From positions 4,821,245 through 4,885,244 of the forward strand of contig OY821638.1 of NCBI GenBank assembly GCA_963682105.1: a stretch of DNA of 64,000 nt. The letters are read 5' to 3'. This DNA comes from Smithellaceae bacterium. Lineage in GTDB: Bacteria > Desulfobacterota > Syntrophia > Syntrophales > Smithellaceae. The translations under genes were made by a program, and so were the position numbers. Shown piece by piece: positions 54,154-63,818 of the stretch (positions are counted from its first letter, which is position 1; every line of letters starts with the position of its first letter). The notes below the pieces were generated by a model. It was not told where the DNA came from, did no database searches, and saw only the letters and a program-made list of their open reading frames with translations.

Positions 54154-54630
54154 ATGGAGAACAAAAAAATAGATCAGGGTTTTTCCCTGCTGGAAATTTG
54201 TATCGTCATCGCGATGATTGCTATTGTCGTCGCGATAGCAGCGCCATCTATATCCGCTTACTATAGAACCTATAAATTCAAAGAGTATGCCTACTCCATG
54301 GAGAGTCTTGTGAGAGTCAGTAAATTAACGGCCATGGAAAGATCGGTCAACGCCGGCGTCTGTGTAGACAGCGCCGCTAAAACAATAAGCATTGTCAATA
54401 TGAAAGACAGCAGAAGCAAAAGTCAAATATGCTCAGGCGCCGTGTTGAACACACTGCGCATAGAGGATAGCTTTGTTTCTCTGTCGGGCAGCGCCATCGC
54501 TTTTGATCCGAGGGGGTTTGCGATTTTCATAGGCAATGTCTGCGTCAGTAACGATGCGAAATACTACAAAGTGATTATCAGCAGGTTTGGAGCGATACGA
54601 ATCGATAGAGGGGCAGGGGGGTGTTCATGA
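54154..54630 (+). CDS. Type IV minor pilin / pseudopilin, GspH-FimT family
   Basis: Prepilin N-terminus MENKKIDQG/FSLLEICIVIAMIAIVVAIAAP (G-1, E+5), and a body resembling FimT/GspH (A.SEA...VC...GR). Confidence 0.8.
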   Translation: MENKKIDQGFSLLEICIVIAMIAIVVAIAAPSISAYYRTYKFKEYAYSMESLVRVSKLTAMERSVNAGVCVDSAAKTISIVNMKDSRSKSQICSGAVLNTLRIEDSFVSLSGSAIAFDPRGFAIFIGNVCVSNDAKYYKVIISRFGAIRIDRGAGGCS

Positions 54631-55040
54631 TAAACGTTGGTTTCGGGTTTTTTAAAAAAAAGTTGAAATGTATGAGCGGTTTCACCGTCATTGAAAGCCT
54701 GATCGCCGTGACACTTGTTATGGTTATCTGTCTGTCCTGCATGGGAATGATTTCTTTCTTCGCGAGATGTACAAAACAGGACACGCTCAACACCTGTCTT
54801 TTGCAGGCGGCGTCGTCCGGAATCGAAGCGGTCAGAGCCGATACATCCACCTCGTTTATTAAGGTATCGTGCGGCGGATACACGGCGAATGTCAGTATTA
54901 CATCCCTGGGCACGCTTCCACAGACAGCGCCGGCAATGGGCTTGGAAACAAAAGCCTGTGTAGAGATTACTTCTACGTCCGAAATTGAAGGCAAAAAAAT
55001 GGTCCTCAAAGATTTTATCTGCAATTTTCCAAAGGGGTAA
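54627..55040 (+). CDS. Type IV minor pilin (PilV-like)
   Basis: The ATG overlaps the upstream stop (ATGA). The prepilin motif is ...KKKLKCMSG/FTVIESLIAVTLVMVI. Confidence 0.7.
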   Translation: MINVGFGFFKKKLKCMSGFTVIESLIAVTLVMVICLSCMGMISFFARCTKQDTLNTCLLQAASSGIEAVRADTSTSFIKVSCGGYTANVSITSLGTLPQTAPAMGLETKACVEITSTSEIEGKKMVLKDFICNFPKG

Positions 55041-55043
55041 CAA

Positions 55044-55982
55044 ATGAAAGGCAAACCATCCTCAGCAGACGGAAGGGAATGCGGGTTTACGCTTGTTGAA
55101 ATGCTGATTGCGCTGTTGATCAGCGCCGTTATTCTGACAGTCGTCATATCGATGTACACGACGTCGGCCAAAACCTTTCAAAGCGTGAAAGACATCTCTG
55201 ACGTAAAGGAGATCGGCAAGTCCGGCATGGCGCAACTGGAGTGGCTTTTTCAAAGATGGGGAACGTCCACTCCCTGCGATAATGCAAACACGGCTTTATG
55301 CACGTCGGCAGGGCTGGACTGCCGGGTCAACGAAATCTTTGTCTATCCTCCGCCCAGTTCGGTTTGCATCACAATTTTTGATCGTAATCCCGATGAAATA
55401 TTCTTTTATGCCAACCTTTACGGAAACGGATTTGTCCATATTCCGCCCGTTGAAGATTCGACAATCCTCGGTGTTAAAAGTTGCCGGTTATCCACGGAAA
55501 AGAGCGATAACTGTTATCATATAAAAATGGGAGCGAAGTTTCTTGTCGATCAGCAGAATATGTCGGTTTACAAGCCCCTTATTTTTTCGCTGTCCGCTCT
55601 TTCTTCCAACAATCTTGTCTGCACAGACGGCACCATTGAGGCCAACGCGACTGTTTCTGCCCGGGCGAAGGCGCTCAATGGTTCTTTAGACTCAAGCGGT
55701 TCAGCCAAAATCTATACGCTTGAAGGCGGGGAAGTGCTTTTGCGCGTTCCCCATTTAGTGAGACTCTTTTGCAAACCCAATGCAAGTGACGGCGACCGGA
55801 TGTGGCTTTATATGGAATTGACGGATATGTCGTCGGATTGCGGCGCCCATGAGAAGCCTCAGCCTTTGATTCCCGTGAATTCTTTTAACGTCCGGACGCA
55901 GGGAGAGGGAGTGGTCGTGACGATGCAGGTGCGCGGGGCCGGCGGGAAAGGCATGGACATGGAGCGGCATTTTGGAAGGTAG
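55044..55982 (+). CDS. Type IV minor pilin (PilW-like)
   Basis: The prepilin motif is ...GRECG/FTLVEMLIALLISAVILTVV. 312 aa, in the PilW position. Confidence 0.7.
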   Translation: MKGKPSSADGRECGFTLVEMLIALLISAVILTVVISMYTTSAKTFQSVKDISDVKEIGKSGMAQLEWLFQRWGTSTPCDNANTALCTSAGLDCRVNEIFVYPPPSSVCITIFDRNPDEIFFYANLYGNGFVHIPPVEDSTILGVKSCRLSTEKSDNCYHIKMGAKFLVDQQNMSVYKPLIFSLSALSSNNLVCTDGTIEANATVSARAKALNGSLDSSGSAKIYTLEGGEVLLRVPHLVRLFCKPNASDGDRMWLYMELTDMSSDCGAHEKPQPLIPVNSFNVRTQGEGVVVTMQVRGAGGKGMDMERHFGR

Positions 55983-56037
55983 GCCAACGTGTTTCATGCG
56001 GCTTTCAACTGATGGAGAGAAATCCGGGAGGACATGG

Positions 56038-57963
56038 ATGAATAATAAAGGATTTTCATTAATTACGGTTCTTGTTTTGTCGCTTGTCATGTTTCTGATC
56101 GGCGGGACGGGCCTCTACATTGCCGCAACCAATTTCAGGGCGACGCGGGCGGACATTAATCTGAACATTGCGGAAAAAGCGTCCAATGCGGGCCTGCTCA
56201 ATGCCTTTGATCATATTAACATGAAAGGCACGGGGGCGAAAAACGAAGAGTACGAGAGCCCTTTGGGCAATGCGTCTTACAAAACGAAAACAACGTTCGG
56301 TGGAAAAAATGTATGGTTTGTCAGCTCTCAGGGGATATACGACCGCGGGAAAGTTATAAAAACAGCCATGTTTCAGGGATATTACGGCGTTGGCCTTTAC
56401 ACGGTCAGAGGGCAGGTTGACGCCGACCTGGAAGGAGCGAGACTCTCCGGTTGCGATATGGATTCGACAGTGGCCTCCAATTGCTACGTTCCCGCTTTTA
56501 TTGCATTCACAACCAAAATTCCCTCATCGAAACCCGAGGCCTGTACGGACAAAGACGGCAAGTCTGTTTCCGCCGCCGTCGACGGGAAATCGGCCGGTGT
56601 GTACGGAAACCCTGCCACATATAATTTGGATCAGGGAGATTTGTCTAAAATTTTTTTTAAAGTTAAATGTTTCAATAAGTTTAATAATACCGGCTGTAAG
56701 GTCAGCCTGCTGGATTATCTGGAAAATGACTATGGTTGGAATTCCGCCCATACGGAGCAGCAGATGTTTTTTCAGCAGACGGGCGCCAATGCCAATAGGC
56801 TCGGCATACCGGTTGTCAGTCTTTCTCCGCCTGATTTGCCGACCAGTGGCGCCGGCGCCTGTATCTATTCTCTGGCAATCGGTTTAAATTTGGCGGCAAC
56901 TGCAACTTTCAAAGACTGCAAAGAAATAGTGATCACTTCAACGCCTGTAATAACAGGCAACGGAACAAGGAGTGGACAGCCAGTCAAGATTTACGCTTAT
57001 GGCGGGACCCCGACATTCAGCAGCGCGTCGAATTTCAAATTATTTACGACAACTGCATTTACCGTTACGAATTCATCTGATTTTGCGATCAACGGCACGT
57101 CTGATAACGCCATAAACACCGGCAATAGCAATTTTAGCATTAACTCGACAGGAAAAACCGTTTTTAAAGGCGCCAACAGCGGTTTCGTCCTTAACACCAC
57201 CGGAACCACCACTTTAAACGGAACAATCGGTGCAACGGCATATCCGTTTAGAATCGTCTCAACGAATAAGATTACCGCCGAAGCAGAGGCCGTTTTGACG
57301 AATGGGACATTGATAACCGGGCCTGTGACGACCAATGTCGCGAATAATGAGGGAATAAACCTCAGCTCTTCCCCTCAGAATCTGGAAGCAAAGGGCAATG
57401 TGACCTTCGACAATGTCAATATATTTGCCCGGAAGCTCGATTTTGCCGAATATTCAACCGTGAGAATTTTAAATAGTCTGGTTTACGTTTATGCGCATGC
57501 CTGCCCGGAATGCTCCAGATCGACCAGTAACTCTTCACTGGTTGCCTGCGAGCAAGATAGCGGGTGGTGCGGCTGGTACGGGAAAAACATCAGTTTCAAT
57601 ATCGGGCGGGATTTGGATGGAACCGCCAAGCCCGTTCTCTTTATTTCAAACAATACGTCTGTAAAAGTTGAAAGTCCCCGTGGTGTTGCTTATACCTGGG
57701 GGGTCTGGTACGGAGAGGATGTGACTTATTTGATATGGAAGAATCAAAACGGATGGGATTTCAGCGGTTTTCTGATAAGAAATTTTCCTCCTGATCTTGT
57801 GCTCGGGATCTCCTTAAAGAGCAGTAAGATCAGATTGAATTTTTCAAAGTCCGTCATTGATGCCATATCCGGCAGATACAGATTTTTTCGCCAGGTGGAA
57901 TGTGTGCGCGATCCTCTGACGCCCAAAGCGCAAATGATCCAGACCAGAATGACCAATTATTGA
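56038..57963 (+). CDS. PilX-N-terminal-domain pilus protein with a large Asn/Thr/Gly-rich, beta-helix-like body
   Basis: ATG 56038 lies 5 nt after GGGAGGA. MNNKGFSLITVLVLSLVMFLIGGTGLYIAATNFRATR is the PilX_N pattern. The middle has repetitive N.S.F.IN.TG-type segments, and the C-terminal region has CPEC...C...C. Confidence 0.65.
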   Translation: MNNKGFSLITVLVLSLVMFLIGGTGLYIAATNFRATRADINLNIAEKASNAGLLNAFDHINMKGTGAKNEEYESPLGNASYKTKTTFGGKNVWFVSSQGIYDRGKVIKTAMFQGYYGVGLYTVRGQVDADLEGARLSGCDMDSTVASNCYVPAFIAFTTKIPSSKPEACTDKDGKSVSAAVDGKSAGVYGNPATYNLDQGDLSKIFFKVKCFNKFNNTGCKVSLLDYLENDYGWNSAHTEQQMFFQQTGANANRLGIPVVSLSPPDLPTSGAGACIYSLAIGLNLAATATFKDCKEIVITSTPVITGNGTRSGQPVKIYAYGGTPTFSSASNFKLFTTTAFTVTNSSDFAINGTSDNAINTGNSNFSINSTGKTVFKGANSGFVLNTTGTTTLNGTIGATAYPFRIVSTNKITAEAEAVLTNGTLITGPVTTNVANNEGINLSSSPQNLEAKGNVTFDNVNIFARKLDFAEYSTVRILNSLVYVYAHACPECSRSTSNSSLVACEQDSGWCGWYGKNISFNIGRDLDGTAKPVLFISNNTSVKVESPRGVAYTWGVWYGEDVTYLIWKNQNGWDFSGFLIRNFPPDLVLGISLKSSKIRLNFSKSVIDAISGRYRFFRQVECVRDPLTPKAQMIQTRMTNY

Positions 57964-58029
57964 CATTCGAAGCGTTCAATATTTGCGGAGGTTCGAGGAA
58001 GCGCCGCTTATCAGAGACTCAGATGAATA

Positions 58030-58064
58030 AAAAAAGCAGAACCGGTGTGACTCTGCTTCTTTTA
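58030..58064 (+). terminator. Weak terminator-like hairpin after the pilin operon
   Basis: 7-bp stem AAGCAGA / TCTGCTT with an 11-nt loop, flanked by an A-run and CTTTTAT. Confidence 0.4.
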
Positions 58065-58211
58065 TCTCAAAAAATCGGATCCGGTAAAAACCATTCCGTT
58101 GTGTTTATACCCGCAGCCAACCTCAGAAAACGGTTGTTGTACACATCTGTCCTGCGATGAGACATCCTGAGACATTGCACGAATTAAAAAGATAGCGTCA
58201 TGGATGCATTA

Positions 58212-60683
58212 TCAAATAAGGATGGTTTTTATTTTAATCACGGCCACACTGTTGGTCTGTTCGGATGGAATGCGCAGAACATTTTGAACGATATCGACAG
58301 GGCGGACGGAGCCGGTCTGGGAGTGACAAAGTGTCGTTTCCACTTTCCTGTCATTTTTGTTCAGGGTCAGCGACTCGACAAAAGGCCGGATATCACGCGT
58401 GACGATTTTCCCTTTGGCGGTTCGGGTAATTTCAAAAGAGTTATCAGCCAGAAATTTTTCAATATTGCCGCCGATGATGTCCATCCGGTCTTCGGTCGTG
58501 TCTGCCGGCAGAATCAGATCGTAAGAAAATCCGTACAGAGCTTTGGCCAGGTCTTTGGCCACCCAGGGTAGAAGCTGAATGGCGGTGATGTCAACGCCTG
58601 CGGGCAGGGCTGCATTGATTTCTTTCCGGAGGACGGAAAGATCCTGTGTAAATTCGGAGGCGGTCACATCCATAAACTCCTGCCGGCTTTCCATTCCCAC
58701 GGAGGTGGCGGTGGCGAAAGATATTTTCGGATGCGGATGGAATCCCGCCGTATAGGCCAGTTGCAGCGAACTGCGTTTGATTGCACGCGTGATGGCCTGC
58801 ATCAGTTCCAGATGGGATAAAAACCGGGCGCGGCCGGTTTTGGCAAAACTCATCCGATAGACTTTTTCTCCGGCCGTAGTGTCTTGCACCGCCCGTTTCG
58901 GAGGTGGCGCGCTGATGTCCTTTGACGAAAAAACATTTTGAATATCTTTAAAATCGCAAACGCCGCAATTCTGACAGACATCATAGCGGCAGTCGGGTGT
59001 TGTGTTTTGCAGACGGGCGTTTTGTTTTTCCGCCAGCAGAAAGTCGCGGCTCAAACCGCAGTCGATATGATCCCAGGGCAGCGCTTCATCAGGGGAGCGT
59101 TCGCGCAGGTAATCGTCAACGGAAATGCCGGTTTCGGACATTGCCTCCTGCCACAGCTCGAAACGGAAAAGTTCACCCCACCCGTCAAAGCGGCAACCTT
59201 TCGAAAAAGCGCATAAAAGCAGCTCGCCGATTTTTTCATCGCCGCGGGAAAACATCCCTTCCAGCAGGCTCATCCGGGCGTCGTGCCATTTGACGGCCAG
59301 ATTGCGGTTCTGGATTTTGCGGCGGATCAGATCCTGGCGGGCGAATGTTTCATCCAGGGAGAGTTGTTTTTCCCATTGAAAGGGGGTGTGGGGTTTCGGA
59401 ACAAACGTCGAAAGGCTGACCGTCACCTGGCCGCGCCGGCGGGCGGCGCGAAGCGCCTGATAGGCCATGTCGATGATTCCGGCCACATCGCTTTCATCTT
59501 CTTCGGGCAGGCCGATCATGAAGTAAAGTTTAACGGTTTTCCAGCCGGCGGCAAAAACCTTGTCAACAGAATCCAGCAAATCTCCGGCAGTGTTGCCTTT
59601 ATTGATAATCCGGCGCATTTTATCGGTTCCCGCTTCCGGGGCCAGCGTGAAACTCGTTTTGCGCGTTTTCTTGATTTCTTCGATTAGTGCAACGCTGAGA
59701 GTTTCGACGCGCAGTGACGGAAGAGCCAGAGCGACGCGATCGGCGTAATATTTTTGCATCAGGGCCTGCATTAAAGGTTCAATGCAACCGTAGTCGCCGG
59801 AACTCAGCGACAGAAGCGAAATTTCATCATGGCCGGTATTCCTGAGCGCCTGATCGGCCATGCCCATCAAGAGTTGCGCGTTTCTTTCGCGATAGGGACG
59901 CCAGATCATGCCCGCCTGGCAGAAACGGCAGCCGCGTGTACAGCCGCGCGCGATTTCCAGCACAATTCGGTCGTGGACCGTCTGCATGAGCGGCACGACG
60001 GGCGCCACGGGATGCGGCCAGGCGTTAAGATCCACCGCTTTTCTCTTTTTGATGACGGTCTTGTTCGTATGGACGGCGGGAACGTAGATGCCCTCGATAC
60101 TCGCAAGTTTTTCCAGCAGGCCGTGTCGGGTGACATGCTGTTTCCTGCCGGATGCGACGGCGTCGGCGATTTGAGCGACAACTTCCTCGCCTTCGCCGAT
60201 GACGAACGCGTCGATGAAAGCAGCCATCGGCGCCGGATTAAAACAGCAGGGACCGCCGGCAATAATCAGCGGGTGGTGATCCAGACGCTCGTTTCTTTTC
60301 AGCGGAATGTTCCCTAGCTCCAGCATGTTGAGAACGTTGGTGTAGGAGAGTTCATACTGGAGAGAAAATCCGATGATATCAAAATCCGTGAGCGGTGTAT
60401 TGGATTCCAGAGATGTGAGCGGCAACCCGTGTTTGCGCAACTGGGATTCGCGATCCGGCCAGGGTGCAAAACATCGTTCGGCCCAGACATCGGGCAGGGC
60501 ATTTAATATAGCGTAAAGAATCTGCATGCCCAGATGCGACATGCCGACTTCATACGTGTCGGGAAAAGATAAAAGAAACCGGCAAGCGGCGCCGGGTTTA
60601 CGCACGGCGTTGACTTCCGCGCCGATGTAACGGCTGGGCTTTTCAGCGCTTTGCAAAAGCTCATCGAGAATGTCTGGGCTCAT
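58212..60683 (-). CDS. Radical SAM protein of the TIGR03960 type fused to a TIGR03936/DUF2344-type domain
   Basis: N-terminal EKPSRYIGAEVN, the rSAM site IARGCTRGCRFC, and a C-terminal third with YRMSFAKTGRARFLSHLELM...GFHPHPKISF, typical of the DUF2344 partner. Confidence 0.8.
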   Translation of the reverse strand: MSPDILDELLQSAEKPSRYIGAEVNAVRKPGAACRFLLSFPDTYEVGMSHLGMQILYAILNALPDVWAERCFAPWPDRESQLRKHGLPLTSLESNTPLTDFDIIGFSLQYELSYTNVLNMLELGNIPLKRNERLDHHPLIIAGGPCCFNPAPMAAFIDAFVIGEGEEVVAQIADAVASGRKQHVTRHGLLEKLASIEGIYVPAVHTNKTVIKKRKAVDLNAWPHPVAPVVPLMQTVHDRIVLEIARGCTRGCRFCQAGMIWRPYRERNAQLLMGMADQALRNTGHDEISLLSLSSGDYGCIEPLMQALMQKYYADRVALALPSLRVETLSVALIEEIKKTRKTSFTLAPEAGTDKMRRIINKGNTAGDLLDSVDKVFAAGWKTVKLYFMIGLPEEDESDVAGIIDMAYQALRAARRRGQVTVSLSTFVPKPHTPFQWEKQLSLDETFARQDLIRRKIQNRNLAVKWHDARMSLLEGMFSRGDEKIGELLLCAFSKGCRFDGWGELFRFELWQEAMSETGISVDDYLRERSPDEALPWDHIDCGLSRDFLLAEKQNARLQNTTPDCRYDVCQNCGVCDFKDIQNVFSSKDISAPPPKRAVQDTTAGEKVYRMSFAKTGRARFLSHLELMQAITRAIKRSSLQLAYTAGFHPHPKISFATATSVGMESRQEFMDVTASEFTQDLSVLRKEINAALPAGVDITAIQLLPWVAKDLAKALYGFSYDLILPADTTEDRMDIIGGNIEKFLADNSFEITRTAKGKIVTRDIRPFVESLTLNKNDRKVETTLCHSQTGSVRPVDIVQNVLRIPSEQTNSVAVIKIKTILI

Positions 60684-60718
60684 TAATTTATTTTCCGTAT
60701 TTTGGATGCAAGGTCTGT

Positions 60719-61144
60719 TTATTCTTCCGTTTCCGGAGAATTGTTTTTCGCCTGATACTTGAAAGGATTGAGTTTGATATCCCGGAGCGTGGAGAGCGCC
60801 AATTTTTTCGCAAAATTGGGCGAAGCCAGATAATTCAGTGTATTATTTTTAAAGGTGTCTATCAACTCGGTCCGGGTGGCCGATTCGTCCTTATCGTATA
60901 CGAATGTTCGTTCCCGTCTGTGTTCGTAAGTCAACTCCTTGCCGAAAATATTGACAAGTGTCCAGTATTCGTCTGCCGATGAAAAAAAAGATTCCAGCAC
61001 GTCGATTTTCATCGAAAAAGTCAGTTCGACTTTTTTAGTATCCGCGGCAATGCGTCGGGTTAAATCGGCAATGGTCAGTTTAAGACCGTTGGGTAAATTA
61101 ATTTCCTCAATAATATTCATGTTTCGTGATGTTTCCTGCTTCAT
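60719..61144 (-). CDS. Hypothetical protein (141 aa)
   Basis: Clean ORF with coding-like composition. I recognise no motif. Confidence 0.5.
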   Translation of the reverse strand: MKQETSRNMNIIEEINLPNGLKLTIADLTRRIAADTKKVELTFSMKIDVLESFFSSADEYWTLVNIFGKELTYEHRRERTFVYDKDESATRTELIDTFKNNTLNYLASPNFAKKLALSTLRDIKLNPFKYQAKNNSPETEE

Positions 61145-61272
61145 TATTTAAGGGCGCTCTTATCATTTTTAGGCTTGACCTGCAACGTTAATCCTTCTAT
61201 AAAGTGCCCGCCGTTTCTGTGAAACGATTTTTTAATGTTTCCCGAGTACTTCGGAAATGGTCAGAGGTTGCA

Positions 61273-62091
61273 ATGTCTTCATCCGATGAAATTATGGTGC
61301 TTTGCCAGCCGGACCCCGGCAAGTCCTGCGGAGCCTGCTGCGGATTATATAATTATGTCGATTCGTCGCGCGAATCGCTGATCCGGAGGTTGCGCACCCG
61401 CACGAAGCGATTCGGCGAAATGGTAAAAATGCCCGGCGATATTGAAAGTTATGCGGAAGCGACTTTCGCCGCGGAAGATTTCCGCAAACGTTATGAAGTG
61501 ATTTACTGCTGCGAGTATCTCGGTTTTCTCGACGCCGGTGAAAAGAAGGTAGGCTGCCTGCTGCATCCGATGCAAAACGACGGCATCGATATGCGCGGCG
61601 GATCGTTTTACGGGCAGGAAGTCTGCGCCGGGCATCTGTGTCCCAGCCATCACTTTATTCCCCGCTCCCAGCAACTTATTTTATTAAAGATCATTGACGA
61701 CTGGTATCTTTACGGCCTTTGTCTGACGGATATCGATCTGGTTGTGACATACTTCCGGATCATCGCCGACCGGGTCGGTCAGGAACTTAAACCCGAAACT
61801 TTCGATCACGAGGGGCTGAAAAAAATCGCGCTGGCGTATTTAAACTGGAAGACAACCTGGCCTTTCCGGTCGTCCGACGCCAACCGCCTGGGCAAGTATT
61901 ATTTTGACGGTTCGCAATACATGATCAGCCATATCGACTACGAAAAATTCGGCCGCGACATCTCCCCGCTCAATTCCATTTTTCTGAGTTTGTCTTCCGA
62001 GTTCTCAAGCGCTGATCAACTGGAAGCGGCGGAAAAAATGGTTTGGGACAATATCGAGCAGTTTGTATCGCTTTATCGCAAAATCTTTTGA
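61273..62091 (+). CDS. Hypothetical Cys-rich protein (CGACCG motif)
   Basis: ATG 61273 lies 5 nt after AGAGG. The N-terminal CQPDPGKSCGACCG recalls the CxxCxxCC zinc/iron-chelating (YkgJ-like) motif. Further Cys/His occur at YCCEY, GCLLHP and CAGHLCPSHH. Confidence 0.55.
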   Translation: MSSSDEIMVLCQPDPGKSCGACCGLYNYVDSSRESLIRRLRTRTKRFGEMVKMPGDIESYAEATFAAEDFRKRYEVIYCCEYLGFLDAGEKKVGCLLHPMQNDGIDMRGGSFYGQEVCAGHLCPSHHFIPRSQQLILLKIIDDWYLYGLCLTDIDLVVTYFRIIADRVGQELKPETFDHEGLKKIALAYLNWKTTWPFRSSDANRLGKYYFDGSQYMISHIDYEKFGRDISPLNSIFLSLSSEFSSADQLEAAEKMVWDNIEQFVSLYRKIF

Positions 62092-62162
62092 TTTTATATT
62101 GACAGGCGGTTGGAAACTTGAGTAGTATTTCAAGGTAAATCCTTTGTGCTGAAGGGTATTTA

Positions 62163-62687
62163 ATGGCTGAAGCATCCAGAGAAATTCTCATTGGCCGAAG
62201 CGACATCGCCAGGCGGGTCCGGGAAGTTGCCGGCGACGTTTCGCGTGATTTTGCCGCAGGCGAGGTGGTCGTGGTCGGCGTTCTCAAGGGATCTTTTATT
62301 TTTATGGCGGATTTGATCCGGGAAATCACCATTCCCTGCCGGATGGATTTCATCCGCGCGGCCAGTTACGGCGACGGTTCTGAAAGTTCCGGCCGGATCA
62401 CCATTACAAAAGATATCGAACTGGATATTGCGGGGCGCGATGTTCTGATTGTTGAGGATATCATTGACACCGGCCTGACGCTCAAATCCATTGTCGATAC
62501 TTTGAAAGGCCGCAATCCGCGGTCACTGAAAGTCTGCGCCTTTCTGGACAAGCGTAAAAGAAGAAAAGTTCCGTTTGAGGCGGATTACGTCTGTTTTGCC
62601 ATAGACGATGGTTTTGTGATCGGCTACGGTCTGGATTTCAATGAAGAGTATCGTTACCTGCCGGATGTATATGTCGTGCAAACCTGA
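62163..62687 (+). CDS. hpt: Hypoxanthine phosphoribosyltransferase
   Basis: VVVGVLKGSFIFMADLIR and the PRPP motif DVLIVEDIIDTGLTL. 174 aa. Confidence 0.92.
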   Translation: MAEASREILIGRSDIARRVREVAGDVSRDFAAGEVVVVGVLKGSFIFMADLIREITIPCRMDFIRAASYGDGSESSGRITITKDIELDIAGRDVLIVEDIIDTGLTLKSIVDTLKGRNPRSLKVCAFLDKRKRRKVPFEADYVCFAIDDGFVIGYGLDFNEEYRYLPDVYVVQT

Positions 62688-62717
62688 ACGGATATTTCAT
62701 TAAAAAGAGGGAGAACG

Positions 62718-63743
62718 ATGATCATTCAATGCAAGCAATGCAAGACGAAGTTTCGTTTTGACGATGCGCTGATGGAAGGCGACGGCTTATGGATGCGTTG
62801 CAGCCGGTGTCAGCATGTGTTTTTTCATGATAATCCCGCCAAAATAAAACCCGCGGCGGATACGGCGATTGAGCCGTTCACGGTGAAAGCGCCGGATAAA
62901 GCCGTTGAAAAAGAAGTCAGACGTCCGTCTTTTGAGCCGGCCGTTAAGGAAACTGTTGTCAACGCACATAAGGAATCTGTTGCGGGGACGCAGGATGAAG
63001 ATATGAAATCTTTCATGAAAGAAGTCATCGGCGAAGAAAAAACGCCGGAGGCTGAACCTGTCCCGGTTTCCAAACCGCACCGTCAGGAAGCGCCCGAGGT
63101 GCAGATTGACTTTACGCAGGTTGCGCAATTTCCGCCGGAACTGGAAGAGCCTTTACAGGAAGCGGAGGAAAAGCCTGCACCGCCGGCACGAAAGAAAAGC
63201 AGTGGATGGAGATTTGCGATCTGGTCTATTCTGGTGATTATCATCATTCCCGCCATCGTTTATTTTTTCCTTTTCCCGGATCTGGGGGAACGGTATATTC
63301 AAATCGCCCGGAAGTATATCGGCGGCATCTCTCAGCCCACGGAAGGCCAGGTGGTGATGGCACAGGTTAAACTTCAGGATATCCGCCAGCGGATTGTCAC
63401 GAATCTCGTTTTGGGCAATATCCGCGTCGTGGAGGGGACAGCCGTCAATCAGGCTGATTTTCCCGTATCCCGGGTGCGGATTAAAGGAGAGATTCTGGAC
63501 GCCTATGCCGTTGTTCAGGGTGAACGCGTCAGCTTCGCCGGAAATGCCCTGACAGAGGAAGAGCTGGCCAATATGTCTGAAGAAGATATTCAAAAACGAT
63601 TGTCACGCCCGGAAGGCCGCAACAATATTAATGAGAGGGTGCTTCCCAACGGGCGCATACCGTTTATGATTGTTTTTACAAAAGAGAAGCCGGGAATCAT
63701 CAAGACGACCGTCGTGGTCGCCGGAGCGGAACGCCTGCTGTGA
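62718..63743 (+). CDS. MJ0042-type zinc-ribbon protein with one TM segment and a DUF3426-like C-terminal domain
   Basis: MIIQCKQCKTKFRFDD...MRCSRCQHVF zinc ribbon, an acidic/Pro linker, the TM segment WRFAIWSILVIIIIPAIVYFFLF, then a C-terminal beta-rich domain. Confidence 0.75.
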   Translation: MIIQCKQCKTKFRFDDALMEGDGLWMRCSRCQHVFFHDNPAKIKPAADTAIEPFTVKAPDKAVEKEVRRPSFEPAVKETVVNAHKESVAGTQDEDMKSFMKEVIGEEKTPEAEPVPVSKPHRQEAPEVQIDFTQVAQFPPELEEPLQEAEEKPAPPARKKSSGWRFAIWSILVIIIIPAIVYFFLFPDLGERYIQIARKYIGGISQPTEGQVVMAQVKLQDIRQRIVTNLVLGNIRVVEGTAVNQADFPVSRVRIKGEILDAYAVVQGERVSFAGNALTEEELANMSEEDIQKRLSRPEGRNNINERVLPNGRIPFMIVFTKEKPGIIKTTVVVAGAERLL

Positions 63744-63818
63744 GCCCGTTTCTTACGATATCCAATATCGGATAAAACTTGCCGCGCTTTTGCGGCGATT
63801 GAAGTAAAGGTTAAATTT

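Noticed and set aside
54578-55171. 197-aa and 159-aa minus-strand ORFs across the pilin genes
   Set aside because: They are antisense to genes with textbook prepilin N-termini and coupled starts, and they have no motifs.
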